64,000 nt of DNA from Armatimonadota bacterium (GCA_023511535.1 JAIMBK010000002.1:1900-65899); one strand, 5' to 3'. Counted from the stretch's first letter, positions 46,584 through 55,766 are shown. The notes: a model not told the origin generated them from the sequence alone. Made by a program: numbers and translations.

Positions 46584-47052
46584 AGTTTCCTTTGCCGATC
46601 TGAAGACCAACCTGGACAACTTTGTTTCCGTTTTTTTTCTTGTCGGGGACAGCCTGGAATCGGCGATTGAAGACATTCTTGCCCGGGCGGGGATTAGTTA
46701 TCGAAAAACGAAACGGGCGGAAAAAATTCCCGGGTTTGATCAGGCTCCAGATTTTGTAATTCCTGATGAATTTGCCCCTAGGGTGGTCATCGAAGCAAAA
46801 ATCACTGAAGATGACGGCACTGCCCGGGATAAGGTAACCCGCATCCAGCACCTGGCCAGTCTCAGTATCCAGGGGCAACCAGACGGAACCCCCCGCTTTG
46901 AAGTTATCGCCTGCATCGCCGGCCGCGGTTTTGGAGTCCGCCGGGAAGATATGAAAAAGTTAATTCTGGCTACGCAGGGGAAGGTGTTTACCCTGAAAAC
47001 TTTGCACAAGCTCGTCGATTATACCAATTTACGGGAATTCCGGACACGGTAG
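46558..47052 (+). CDS. small PD-(D/E)xK restriction-endonuclease-like protein (164 aa)
   Basis: 'APDFVIPDEFAPRVVIEAKITEDDGTARDK' gives PD...(E)xK spacing. Overlaps the methylase 3' end by 26 nt. Confidence 0.55.
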   Translation: MKMMRYPFEVSFADLKTNLDNFVSVFFLVGDSLESAIEDILARAGISYRKTKRAEKIPGFDQAPDFVIPDEFAPRVVIEAKITEDDGTARDKVTRIQHLASLSIQGQPDGTPRFEVIACIAGRGFGVRREDMKKLILATQGKVFTLKTLHKLVDYTNLREFRTR

Positions 47053-47159
47053 AAAAACTGTTCAGATTATTTTATAATAAAATATAGAAGCTAAGTTTAG
47101 TTGGAAAAACTTCTTCTTGAAAATGAAGGCCTGCTGAAAGCGCCGGGTGAACGTTTCCA

Positions 47160-47576
47160 ATGCCTGAACCAACCCCCGAAAAGTTTCAGGAATACGTGGA
47201 CGGCTGGCGAGCGGGGCTGGCCCAAAAGAAAAAGCAAATGGATGTCAGCGCCCGCCAGGCGTTAAACGCCGCCCGTTCGCTGGCCGGCCTGCTGGCTACC
47301 GAGCCGGGAGTGCGCCGGGTTTGGCTTTTTGGCTCACTCGCTCTTTATTTAAAAGGGCTTCGTAAATTTACGGCAACATCGGATATTGATTTGGCGGTAG
47401 AAGGGTTGCCGCCGGAAAGATTTTTTCCTGTTTTATCTCTGCTGGACCAAAATAGCCCCAGGCAGGTCGACCTCGTCGACATTGCTGACTGTTCGCCGTT
47501 ATTGCGTAGATGTATTTTAGAAAGGGGTTTGCTTTTATATGAAAGAACGGGAACAGCTCCTGACTCTGGCTGGTGA
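47160..47576 (+). CDS. minimal nucleotidyltransferase (MNT-type antitoxin)
   Basis: 'VWLFGSLALY...SDIDLAVEG' has G-S and D-x-D nucleotidyltransferase motifs. Confidence 0.7.
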   Translation: MPEPTPEKFQEYVDGWRAGLAQKKKQMDVSARQALNAARSLAGLLATEPGVRRVWLFGSLALYLKGLRKFTATSDIDLAVEGLPPERFFPVLSLLDQNSPRQVDLVDIADCSPLLRRCILERGLLLYERTGTAPDSGW

Positions 47577-48033
47577 ATTATCCGACCACTTGAGAGAGCT
47601 CGAAATAATTTGCCAGCACGGCAAGCAATGGCTGGACGCCCTTTCCGGCAAAAACCCCGGTATTTTGGATTTGCGTTCTTTGGGAAGCATCCTGCATGAT
47701 TTTTATACCGCGATTGAAGACATTTTCGAGTTGATCGCCGGCGACGTTAATGGCAATCTACCGCAGGATTCCAGGTGGCACAAGCGACTGCTTCATTTAA
47801 TGACCCTGGAAATACCGAAGCTGCGACCGCCTGTAATCTCTAAGCAGCTTGAAACCCAACTCGACGAATACTTGCGCTTCCGGCACATTTTCCGTAATAT
47901 CTACGGTCATCAGTTGCAATGGACCCGGATGGCCGGTCTCATCCACAATCTGGAAACTACGTGTAAAAGTGTGGCCGTGGAAATCGAAGCCTTTCGTAAA
48001 TTTCTGCTCCGCCTGGCGGATGAGCTTGAATAA
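47539..48033 (+). CDS. HEPN-domain protein (putative HepT-like toxin)
   Basis: 'FRHIFRNIYGHQL' contains R-x4-H (RNIYGH). Overlaps the MNT gene by 38 nt. Confidence 0.6.
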   Translation: MKEREQLLTLAGELSDHLRELEIICQHGKQWLDALSGKNPGILDLRSLGSILHDFYTAIEDIFELIAGDVNGNLPQDSRWHKRLLHLMTLEIPKLRPPVISKQLETQLDEYLRFRHIFRNIYGHQLQWTRMAGLIHNLETTCKSVAVEIEAFRKFLLRLADELE

Positions 48034-48133
48034 AAAGAGCAATTACCTATTCACGCTGGAATTTCGTTAAAATAGGCCGACTTTCCGGCCTATCAAGGTT
48101 TAGAACACACGTGTTTGCAGGGGGAAGTTAAAT

Positions 48134-48550
48134 TTGACCAGGAAAAAAGTACTCTTCCTGTGCACCGGCAACTCCTGCCGCAGCCAGATGGCTGAAGGAT
48201 GGGCAAAGGCCCTGGCCGGGGATAAATGGGAGGTACATAGCGCCGGAACCAATCCTGCAGGCGTAAACCCGCTCGCCGTGCAGGTGATGGCCGAAGCCGG
48301 CGTCGACATCTCCTCTCAAACGTCCAAACCCATTGACCTGGATTTGCTGAACACGGCGGATCTGGTGGTCACTTTATGCGGCGACGCCGCCGAAAGCTGC
48401 CCCGTCACCCCGCCCGTGGTACGCCACCTGCACTGGCCGTTAGCCGACCCGGCCAAAGCAACGGGCACCGGGGAAGAGATCCTGGCCGCCTTCCGCGCCG
48501 CCCGGGACGAAATAAAGCAGCGGTTGGCGAAGCTTCTTTTAGAACTATAA
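48134..48550 (+). CDS. arsC: arsenate reductase, LMW-PTPase/thioredoxin-coupled type
   Basis: '[18 protein letters not shown]' C-x5-R P-loop, and later 'CGD...C' redox cysteines. Confidence 0.9.
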   Translation: MTRKKVLFLCTGNSCRSQMAEGWAKALAGDKWEVHSAGTNPAGVNPLAVQVMAEAGVDISSQTSKPIDLDLLNTADLVVTLCGDAAESCPVTPPVVRHLHWPLADPAKATGTGEEILAAFRAARDEIKQRLAKLLLEL

Positions 48551-48554
48551 AATA

Positions 48555-48719
48555 TTAGGAGGCTCCCCCACGAAAAGATAGGCCGCCGGTAAAGATCGGG
48601 CGGGCGAAGGGCTCGATAAAGTAAACGATTCGCAGGTCTCCATGACGCAAACGGTATTTTCCCTTTAATTCACAGCGAAGCGCTTTAATGTCAAGATCCC
48701 TTCGGGAGGGATCCCGTTT
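48555..48719 (-). pseudogene. RelE/ParE-family toxin remnant (C-terminal two-thirds, no start codon)
   Basis: Own minus-strand translation: '...DIKALRCELKGKYRLRHGDLRIVYFIEPFARPIFTGG...*'. 'YRLRxGDxRIVY' is the RelE/ParE core motif. An in-frame stop lies immediately upstream at 48720-48722. Confidence 0.4.
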
Positions 48720-48803
48720 TCAAATCACCCTTATTTCAATCTATCTACCTGCTATTTTTGATTTTATACTTAGCCCCGCTTATCTTTTCAGGGCCATGAT
48801 CCC

Positions 48804-49595
48804 TTACGCCATGGCCTTGTTGATTTCCTCCACCAGCTTCCCTACCTCCTGCTGGGTGAGGCCCACGTTCAGTTCCAGCCGGGCGATATATTCGTCCACT
48901 TCCTGATTGGTTTTCCGGAGCCTGGAAATCTGTTCTTCCTGAATTTCGATTTCCCGGTCCAGTTCCTCTAAGTCCACGCCCAAATCAAACCTCCGGTTTA
49001 AAAAGCTGAGCACCGCCTTGTTCGCCTTCGGATCACTTTTTTCGGCCAGGTAAAAGGGGACGTTCACCCAAAAACTGACCGCCGGGATGTTTCTTTGCCG
49101 GGCGATCCACAAAAGAAAGCCGCTCATCGAGGTGGTCCCCTGGTAATCGAGGTTTATGTCCAGGTCGTAAGCGGCCAGGCTTTCCTTCAGTTCCTCGCCA
49201 TTGACCACGGCCAAAATTTTTCTGGCGTCGGTGTGGGCGATCATGGAAACCAGCCCCCCAATGGTATAGACGCCCCGGGCGTTAAATTTTTCCGCCGCCA
49301 GGTCTAAAACCTTGCTTAAAAAATGGTATCTTTTCGAAGCGGGCTGGTCGCTTTGCAAAAGAATAAAATCCTTTCCCTCCAGAAAGAAAAATTTCGCCCG
49401 GGGAAAGCGGAGGACGTCCCCCTTGATTTCCACTCCGCTTAAGGAGAAAAACCCCAGCGGCTCAATTTCTTCGCCTTCCCGCAGGGGAAGGTGCTTCCGC
49501 AGGTAATTGCCCACCCGCCAGCCTACCTCCCCCGCATCCGGGGTCCAGCCGACAACCAGAAACGGTTCCTTTGCGCCGGGGGTTTCTTTAATCAT
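48804..49595 (-). CDS. PAC2 (proteasome-assembly-chaperone-2-like) family protein
   Basis: 'EPFLVVGWTPDAGEVGWRVGNYL' N-terminal motif and a coiled-coil-like acidic C-terminus. Confidence 0.65.
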   Translation of the reverse strand: MIKETPGAKEPFLVVGWTPDAGEVGWRVGNYLRKHLPLREGEEIEPLGFFSLSGVEIKGDVLRFPRAKFFFLEGKDFILLQSDQPASKRYHFLSKVLDLAAEKFNARGVYTIGGLVSMIAHTDARKILAVVNGEELKESLAAYDLDINLDYQGTTSMSGFLLWIARQRNIPAVSFWVNVPFYLAEKSDPKANKAVLSFLNRRFDLGVDLEELDREIEIQEEQISRLRKTNQEVDEYIARLELNVGLTQQEVGKLVEEINKAMA

Positions 49596-50493
49596 GTTTT
49601 CCTCCCCTCCTGAAAAATTCTTCCACTTCCTTAATTATCCTTTCCTTTTCTTCGTCGGTAATCGGGCCGGGTTCGGCCTCCTTAACGGGCGTAAAATGCT
49701 TCAGCTTATCCAGTTCCTCCCGGATGACCGGCGGCAGGTTTTGATAAATGCCCTCGATCTCCCGCTCCACGTTGTTGGCGAAGGCATTGATATTGCCCAG
49801 GTCAATCTGGACGCCCAGGCTTTCGGCAAAAACTTCCAGAATCGACCGGGAGGCCTTGGGATACAAAATGGTGTAAGGCCCCGGAAAATGAGCGATATAC
49901 ATGGGCACTTCGCCTAAAAAACAAATTCCTTCCAGTTTCCTCTTTCTGGCCACCCCCAGGAGCACGCCGTTTAACCCGGTGATGTTGCCCCGCCCCTCCC
50001 GGTCGTCAAGCTCGCTCATCACAATTGTGTTCCCGTATTTCTTGACCTCGCCGATCAACCCTTTATCGTTGGGCACAGCCCACACCCGGGGCCGGGCCGT
50101 GTGGTGAATGGGCGCCACCGCCGCGCCGGCGGTATAAACCCGCCGGCAGCCGAGCTCCACCGCCACGTCCAAAACCAGGTTGGCCATTTCGTAAATCTCG
50201 TCCTCCCCGGCAGGCTGCATCTCCGCCAGGAAGATGATCAGATCGCGCTCCCCTTTTTTATAGAAAAATTTACAGGTGGGAAATTCCATCTCCTGCAGCA
50301 CTCCGTTTTTGATGGTTACCCCCCTGGGAAAGAAAAAATGCCACGGTTCCAGTTCGCCGAACTCTTCCGCCGTCAGCCTGTTCTTCAGGTAGTTGACGGC
50401 AATCAGGCCGATGTTACCGATTCCCGGCCAGGCGGCGATCAGGTATGGTTCGTGAACGGCCGGTTTTTTCGCAATCTTCAGCTTGCCGGACAT
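49588..50493 (-). CDS. PAC2 family protein (paralogue)
   Basis: 'EPYLIAAWPGIGNIGLIAVNYL' motif. 8-nt overlap with the downstream paralogue. Confidence 0.65.
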   Translation of the reverse strand: MSGKLKIAKKPAVHEPYLIAAWPGIGNIGLIAVNYLKNRLTAEEFGELEPWHFFFPRGVTIKNGVLQEMEFPTCKFFYKKGERDLIIFLAEMQPAGEDEIYEMANLVLDVAVELGCRRVYTAGAAVAPIHHTARPRVWAVPNDKGLIGEVKKYGNTIVMSELDDREGRGNITGLNGVLLGVARKRKLEGICFLGEVPMYIAHFPGPYTILYPKASRSILEVFAESLGVQIDLGNINAFANNVEREIEGIYQNLPPVIREELDKLKHFTPVKEAEPGPITDEEKERIIKEVEEFFRRGGKHD

Positions 50494-50753
50494 TTGTTCC
50501 GCCCCCTTTCCTGTTTACCGGCAGCCGGGCAACCAGACGCCCGTCGGCGCGGCGCGCGGGAAGGACCGCCCAAAAAGGTTCCCTAAAAAATCGTATCCCG
50601 CAAGATCATCATAGCAAAAAAAGAGGACCGGCGCCAGTCTCTTTTTCCCGCCCCAAAAGCGGGGCGGCCGGGATGAATGGCTGCTCCGGGCCGCCTGGTG
50701 AAAAATTATAAAAATAACCTGGGAAGAGCATTGAAATGGAAACGCTTTTTTGT

Positions 50754-51899
50754 CTACCCCCGGCGCGCGGTCAGGCTGCGCCCGGCCACCACCCGCATGA
50801 TGTCGTTGGTGCCGTCGGCCGGGACGAGCAGCTGGGCGTCCCGGCAGTAACGCTCCGCGGCATACCCTTTGATGCAGCCGTACGCACCGTGGATGTCCAT
50901 GGCCTTGCGGGCGCAGCGCAGGGCGGCTTCGGTGGCAAAAAATTTCGTGGCCGCAATTTCCGTATCGGCGCGCCGCCCCTGGTCCAGGAGCCAGGCCGCC
51001 CGGTAGGCGAGCAGGCGGCTCGCTTCCAGGTCGGCGTACATTTCGGCAATCCGGAAGTGCACGGCGGGCAGGGCGCTGATCGGCTTCCCGTAGAGGACCC
51101 TTTCGCCGGCAAACTTTACGGCCGCCTCCAGGGAGGCCTGCATGAGCCCCAGGGCAACGCCCACAATGCCGGTGCGCCCGTAATCGCTGACTCCTTTTAA
51201 AGCAATGGCCAGCCCCTGTCCCTCTTCCCCCAGCAGGTTTTCTTTCGGTACCCGGCAATTTTCCAGGACCAGTTCCCCGGTGACGCACCCGTGGAAGCCG
51301 ATCTTTTTCTCCGCCCGGCCGGGGTGAAAACCGGGCGTCCCCTTTTCCACGAGAAAGGCGCTGAATTCCTTTTTCGGCGCATCCTTCGTCCTGGCGATAA
51401 AAACGCCCAGATCGGCGATGTGCGAGTTTGTAATGAAAACTTTGCGGCCGTTCAATAAATAATGGTCCCCGCAGTCCAGAGCTTCCGTGGCGATTCCCGC
51501 GGGGTCGGACCCCCCGCCGGCTTCCGTAATGGCGGCGGCGGCCAGCATTTCCCCTTTCGCCAGGGGGCGCATGTATCTTTCTTTCTGCCCCGCGCTGCCG
51601 AACTCCCGCACGCAGCCCGCACCGAACTGCAGGCACTGCAGGGACATGCTCATGGCGGCGGAAACGCGCCCCAGTTCTTCCAAAAGGATCATCCGGGCCA
51701 GGTGCCCCAGGCCCGTCCCGCCCTCTTCGGCGGGCACCGTCACGCCTAAATACCCCTGGGCGCCCATCTTCTTGATTAAATCCAGCGGCACCTCGTCGGT
51801 TCTCTCCATTTCCTCCACCAGGGGAGCAACTTCCCGTTCGGCAAATTCTCTGACTGCTTTGCGCAAAAGCTCCTGTCCGGGGGCAGGTTGGAAATTCAT
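50754..51899 (-). CDS. acyl-CoA dehydrogenase
   Basis: Full three-domain ACAD ('ITEAGGGSDPAG', 'KVFITNS', 'HGAYGCIKGYAAERYCRDA'). Confidence 0.9.
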   Translation of the reverse strand: MNFQPAPGQELLRKAVREFAEREVAPLVEEMERTDEVPLDLIKKMGAQGYLGVTVPAEEGGTGLGHLARMILLEELGRVSAAMSMSLQCLQFGAGCVREFGSAGQKERYMRPLAKGEMLAAAAITEAGGGSDPAGIATEALDCGDHYLLNGRKVFITNSHIADLGVFIARTKDAPKKEFSAFLVEKGTPGFHPGRAEKKIGFHGCVTGELVLENCRVPKENLLGEEGQGLAIALKGVSDYGRTGIVGVALGLMQASLEAAVKFAGERVLYGKPISALPAVHFRIAEMYADLEASRLLAYRAAWLLDQGRRADTEIAATKFFATEAALRCARKAMDIHGAYGCIKGYAAERYCRDAQLLVPADGTNDIMRVVAGRSLTARRG

Positions 51900-52025
51900 T
51901 TTATCCGACTTCTCCCTTCAAGATAGAAATTTGGGAATTGGGGTAAGAGCCTTTTCCCCGGGGACGACTTCTTCATCCCCGGATAACCTTTTTACAATTA
52001 TTCGCTTTCCCTTTTCGTTTTCCTT

Positions 52026-53273
52026 TCAGGACCCCGGCGAAAATTCGCCGACGATCAGGCATGCGTTTTGCCCCCCGAAGCCGAAGGCATTCGACATGGC
52101 GATCCGGACTTCGGCGCGTCTGGCCCGGTTGGGCACGTAATCCAGGTCGCACTCGGGATCCGGCTCTTCGTAATTGATCGTCGGGGGAACGAGCTTTTCC
52201 TGGACGGCTTTGACGCAGGTGATCAGCTCGACGACCCCGCCGGCGCCCATTAAATGCCCGGTGGCGCCTTTGGTCGAGCTGACGGGAATCCGGTAAGCGC
52301 GGGGGCCGAAGACGCTCTTGATGGCCAGGGTCTCGATTTTATCGCCCAGGGGGGTGGAGGTGCCGTGGGCGTTGATATAGTCTACATCACCGGGCGACAG
52401 GCCCGCCTTTTCCAGCGCCCGCTGCATGCACCGGATTTCGCCGGAGCCGTCCGGCGCCGGCGCGGTGATGTGGTAGCCTTCCCCGCAGTTGGCGTAAGCG
52501 AGCAGTTCGGCCTGCACGGGCGCGCCCCTTTTCCGGGCGTGCGCCAGGGTTTCCAGGACGATTGCCCCGCCCCCTTCCCCCAGGACCATCCCGTCCCGGC
52601 GGCGGTCGAAAGGCCGGCAGGCTTTTTCCGGCTCTTTGTTGTTGGTGGAAACCGCCCGGGTGGCGTGCAGCCCGGCAATCACCAGCGTACAGAACAGCGA
52701 TTCCGTCCCGGCGGCAATCATCACATCCGCTTCGCCCAGCTGCAAAAACATGGCCGCCACGCCCACCGCGTCCCCGCCGGAGGCGCAGGCGGTGCTGACG
52801 GTTACACTGGGCCCTTTTAAACCGTAAATGATCGCTATGTGCGTCGCCGCCAGATTCCCCAGCATTTTCGTGATAAAATGCGGGCTGAGGCGCAGCGAGC
52901 CGGTGCGGGTGATCCGGTCCTGGGCTGCCGCAATGGAAGCGATCCCCCCGATGGAAGTACCCAGCGCCACCCCTACGCGATAGGGATCCTCGGCAGAAAG
53001 GTCCAAGCCGCTCTCTTGGATGGCCATCTGCATGGCCGCAATGGCGTAATGGGCAAAGGGATCGGTTTCTTTCACCAGCTTTTTAGACAGGTAGTCCTCC
53101 GGCGCGAAACCCTTCACTTCCGCGCCGATCTGACAGGGCAGCCCGTCGGGAGGAAAACGGGTGATCCTGCCCACGCCGCCTTTACCGCCGACTAAAGCGC
53201 GCCAGTATTCCGCAACGCCGATGCCGATGGGGGTAACCGCCCCCATTCCGGTGATGACGATCCGCTCCCGCAC
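52026..53273 (-). CDS. fabF: beta-ketoacyl-ACP synthase II-like condensing enzyme
   Basis: 'IVITGMGAVTPIG', active-site 'STACASG', 'HGTSTPLGD' and 'GHLMGAGG'. Confidence 0.9.
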   Translation of the reverse strand: MRERIVITGMGAVTPIGIGVAEYWRALVGGKGGVGRITRFPPDGLPCQIGAEVKGFAPEDYLSKKLVKETDPFAHYAIAAMQMAIQESGLDLSAEDPYRVGVALGTSIGGIASIAAAQDRITRTGSLRLSPHFITKMLGNLAATHIAIIYGLKGPSVTVSTACASGGDAVGVAAMFLQLGEADVMIAAGTESLFCTLVIAGLHATRAVSTNNKEPEKACRPFDRRRDGMVLGEGGGAIVLETLAHARKRGAPVQAELLAYANCGEGYHITAPAPDGSGEIRCMQRALEKAGLSPGDVDYINAHGTSTPLGDKIETLAIKSVFGPRAYRIPVSSTKGATGHLMGAGGVVELITCVKAVQEKLVPPTINYEEPDPECDLDYVPNRARRAEVRIAMSNAFGFGGQNACLIVGEFSPGS

Positions 53274-53378
53274 TTTTCATCCTCCCCGGATTAGCCGATG
53301 AAGAGGTCAAACCCCGGGCAGCTTAGAGCGGCCCGGCGAGGCTCCCCGATCTTTAATCCGTTTCTTTCATCCGTTGCC

Positions 53379-55139
53379 TTAAACCTCGGTGTTTTCCTGG
53401 GTTTTCTCTTCCAGCAGCTTTTGCGCGTACTCCACCAGCTTAAATTTCTGAATCTTCCCCGTGGCGGTAAAAGGCAACTCCCGGCCGGAAACGAAAAACA
53501 CGTAACGGGGAATTTTAAATTTGGCCAGTTTATCCTTGCAAAAGCCGATTATTTCCCGCCGCGTAGCCGACTCCCCGGCCTTCAGCTCGATAAAGGCAAC
53601 GCCCACCTCACCCATGATCTCGTGGGGCACACCCACCACGTAAACCTGGTTGACCTTCGGGTGGGTGCTGATAATATCCTCGATTTCCCTGGGAATAACG
53701 TTTTCCCCGGAAGTTTTGTAAATCTCCTTGCTCCGCCCGGTAAACTGAAAATACCCGTCGGGGTGGAGGATCAGCAGGTCGCCCGTGCGCAGCCAGCCGT
53801 CTTTGTCGATCAGTTCGGCGTTGAGCTGGGGACGCTTGTAATACCCCCGGCAAACCGTGTTCCCCCGGCAGAGCAGCTCGCCCTCCCTGCCCGGCGGCAA
53901 TTCTTCCCCGGTTTCCACGTCAACGATTTTCACCTGGACGTTGCGCCCCGCAAACTCTGGAACGCCGCTGCAGTTCGGCGCCATTAACTCGCCTACCCGG
54001 GTGGCCACGATCTCCAGGGTTTCCCCGGGGAAAGTCAACGTAATCGCCCCCCCGGCCTCGGTTAATCCGTAGGCCGTACCGATCTCCATCAGCTTTAACT
54101 CCTCCACCGCCCTTTTCCAAAGGGGCAGCGGCGCCGGGGTGGCGGCGCAAAAAACGGAGCGCAGGGAGGAAAGATCGTACTTTTGCCGCTCCGGGTGGTT
54201 AATGATGGCCAGTAAAATAGAAGGCACGCAGGTTATTTCGTTGGCTTTGTATTTTTCCATCAGCCACAATGCTTCGGCCGGACTGAACTGGGGATGGGTA
54301 ATCAAGCTGCCGCCGATAAATGTAGAAAGCATGATCAATACATTCCAGGCAAAGATGTGGTAAAAAGGCAGCGGCGAATAAAACCGCCGGCCGTTCTCGA
54401 TGGCCCGGTGAACACAGATGCTGAAGATATTGCGCAAACTCATGTCGTGGCTTAACATGGCCCCCTTGGGCAAGGTGGTGGTCCCGGAAGTATACATGAT
54501 GTCAAAAATGTCGTCGGGATAGGCGTTGGCCGCCTGCACCCTTTTCAACTGATCAACTGGAATTTTTTCCCCAAGCTCGTACAGGGCATAAAAATCAATC
54601 AGTCCGGGGTAGTCATATTTTTTGCCGGCCGGCGAAAAACACACCAGGTGGCGCAGCTTCGGCAGGCGGGGGTAGCGCGGGGAGCGATCCTTCGGCTTTT
54701 GGGCCGCCTCCGGACAGATTGCCAGCATGATTTGCACAAAATCCTGCCTGCCCAGGCGGTCGTTGAAAATCACCGCCACGGCATCGGAATCCTCCAGCTG
54801 GAAAAACAGCTCCCTTTCCAGCAACATGGTGTTCAAGGCCACTGCCACGGCGCCGATTTTGGCCAGGGCCAGCTTGGCGACGATAAATTCCGGGTAGTTG
54901 CCGATGACGATGGCCACGTGCTCCCGGGGGCGAATCCCCAGCGCTAAAAGACCCCGGGCAAAAAGCTCGACCCTTTGGTGGAACCAGGCATAGGTGTATG
55001 CCTGTTCGGGAGTATACAGCAAAACACGCTCACCATATTTTTCTACCGCCCGGTCAAAATGCCCGGCAGTCGTCCGGCGCGTCCAGACCGGGTATTCGTC
55101 CAGCAAATACTGAACGCGTTGCCGAAATTCATCCTTCAC
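53379..55139 (-). CDS. AMP-dependent acyl-CoA synthetase/ligase
   Basis: 'IMYTSGTTTLPKGAMLSH' AMP-binding motif, 'GYGLTE'-like 'TAYGLTEAG', and C-terminal 'TGKIQKFKL'. Confidence 0.9.
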   Translation of the reverse strand: MKDEFRQRVQYLLDEYPVWTRRTTAGHFDRAVEKYGERVLLYTPEQAYTYAWFHQRVELFARGLLALGIRPREHVAIVIGNYPEFIVAKLALAKIGAVAVALNTMLLERELFFQLEDSDAVAVIFNDRLGRQDFVQIMLAICPEAAQKPKDRSPRYPRLPKLRHLVCFSPAGKKYDYPGLIDFYALYELGEKIPVDQLKRVQAANAYPDDIFDIMYTSGTTTLPKGAMLSHDMSLRNIFSICVHRAIENGRRFYSPLPFYHIFAWNVLIMLSTFIGGSLITHPQFSPAEALWLMEKYKANEITCVPSILLAIINHPERQKYDLSSLRSVFCAATPAPLPLWKRAVEELKLMEIGTAYGLTEAGGAITLTFPGETLEIVATRVGELMAPNCSGVPEFAGRNVQVKIVDVETGEELPPGREGELLCRGNTVCRGYYKRPQLNAELIDKDGWLRTGDLLILHPDGYFQFTGRSKEIYKTSGENVIPREIEDIISTHPKVNQVYVVGVPHEIMGEVGVAFIELKAGESATRREIIGFCKDKLAKFKIPRYVFFVSGRELPFTATGKIQKFKLVEYAQKLLEEKTQENTEV

Positions 55140-55158
55140 GACAGAACTCCCCCTTGTC

Positions 55159-55605
55159 TCAAGCGCTGCCGTTGACGGCGCGGTTGATTTCTTCCCACAG
55201 CGCGGGGTGTCTTTTTTTCACGTCAAATGGTTTTCCGCGCCTGTCCACGTAGGCGTGGGCGGTCATCCCTTCGGCGGCCAGCAGGCCGTCTTCCTGCCGG
55301 AACACCCGGTAACGGAACTCCAGGCGCGAGCGCGTCAATCTGGTTAAACGGGTTTCCAGCAGAATTTTCTCCTCCGGCTGCAGAGAATGTTTGTAGCGGC
55401 AGCCGGCCTCGATGGCTACCAGCTCGATACCCCGCTCGTGGAAAGTGGTTCGATACGGCAACCCGATCCGTTCAAACAATTCGATCCGCCCGTCCGAAAA
55501 CCAGTCGAAATATTTTATGTAATAAACGATTCCGGCCGCGTCGCAATCACCCCAGCGCACTTTCATCGCCAACCGGCAAACCGCCTTCTCTTCTTTTGGC
55601 TCCAT
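55159..55605 (-). CDS. 4HBT/YbgC-type acyl-CoA thioesterase (hotdog fold)
   Basis: 'VRWGDCDAAGIVYYIKYFDWF' is a typical 4HBT N-terminal catalytic Asp region. Confidence 0.8.
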   Translation of the reverse strand: MEPKEEKAVCRLAMKVRWGDCDAAGIVYYIKYFDWFSDGRIELFERIGLPYRTTFHERGIELVAIEAGCRYKHSLQPEEKILLETRLTRLTRSRLEFRYRVFRQEDGLLAAEGMTAHAYVDRRGKPFDVKKRHPALWEEINRAVNGSA

Positions 55606-55737
55606 GAATCATTCCTCCCTTAACCCCCCCTCCCCCCATAAAATTTGAAAGTTGACAAAGTTTTCTTTATTTAAGGTAGCACAATGGTAAAAGAAAGTAA
55701 AACCCCAAGAAACCAAAATACTCGAAGAAAAGAACAA

Positions 55738-55766
55738 TTGTGTTTATAAACATGATATGGTACAAT
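55738..55766 (+). promoter_or_regulatory. candidate extended -10 promoter (TTGTGT-17-TGgTACAAT)
   Basis: Read directly. About 210 nt upstream of the MBL-fold gene, so the assignment is weak. Confidence 0.3.

Noticed and set aside
48695-48720. Hairpin GATCCCT-TCGGG-AGGGATC + TTTT as an arsC terminator
   Set aside because: It is 145 nt from the arsC stop, has a short T-run, and lies inside the RelE-like remnant reading frame. Not confident enough to call.
50515-51636. 373-aa ORF overlapping the acyl-CoA dehydrogenase gene on the same strand in another frame
   Set aside because: Extremely Arg/Gly/Pro-rich low-complexity product. The ACAD frame has full-length family similarity. Out-of-frame artefact.
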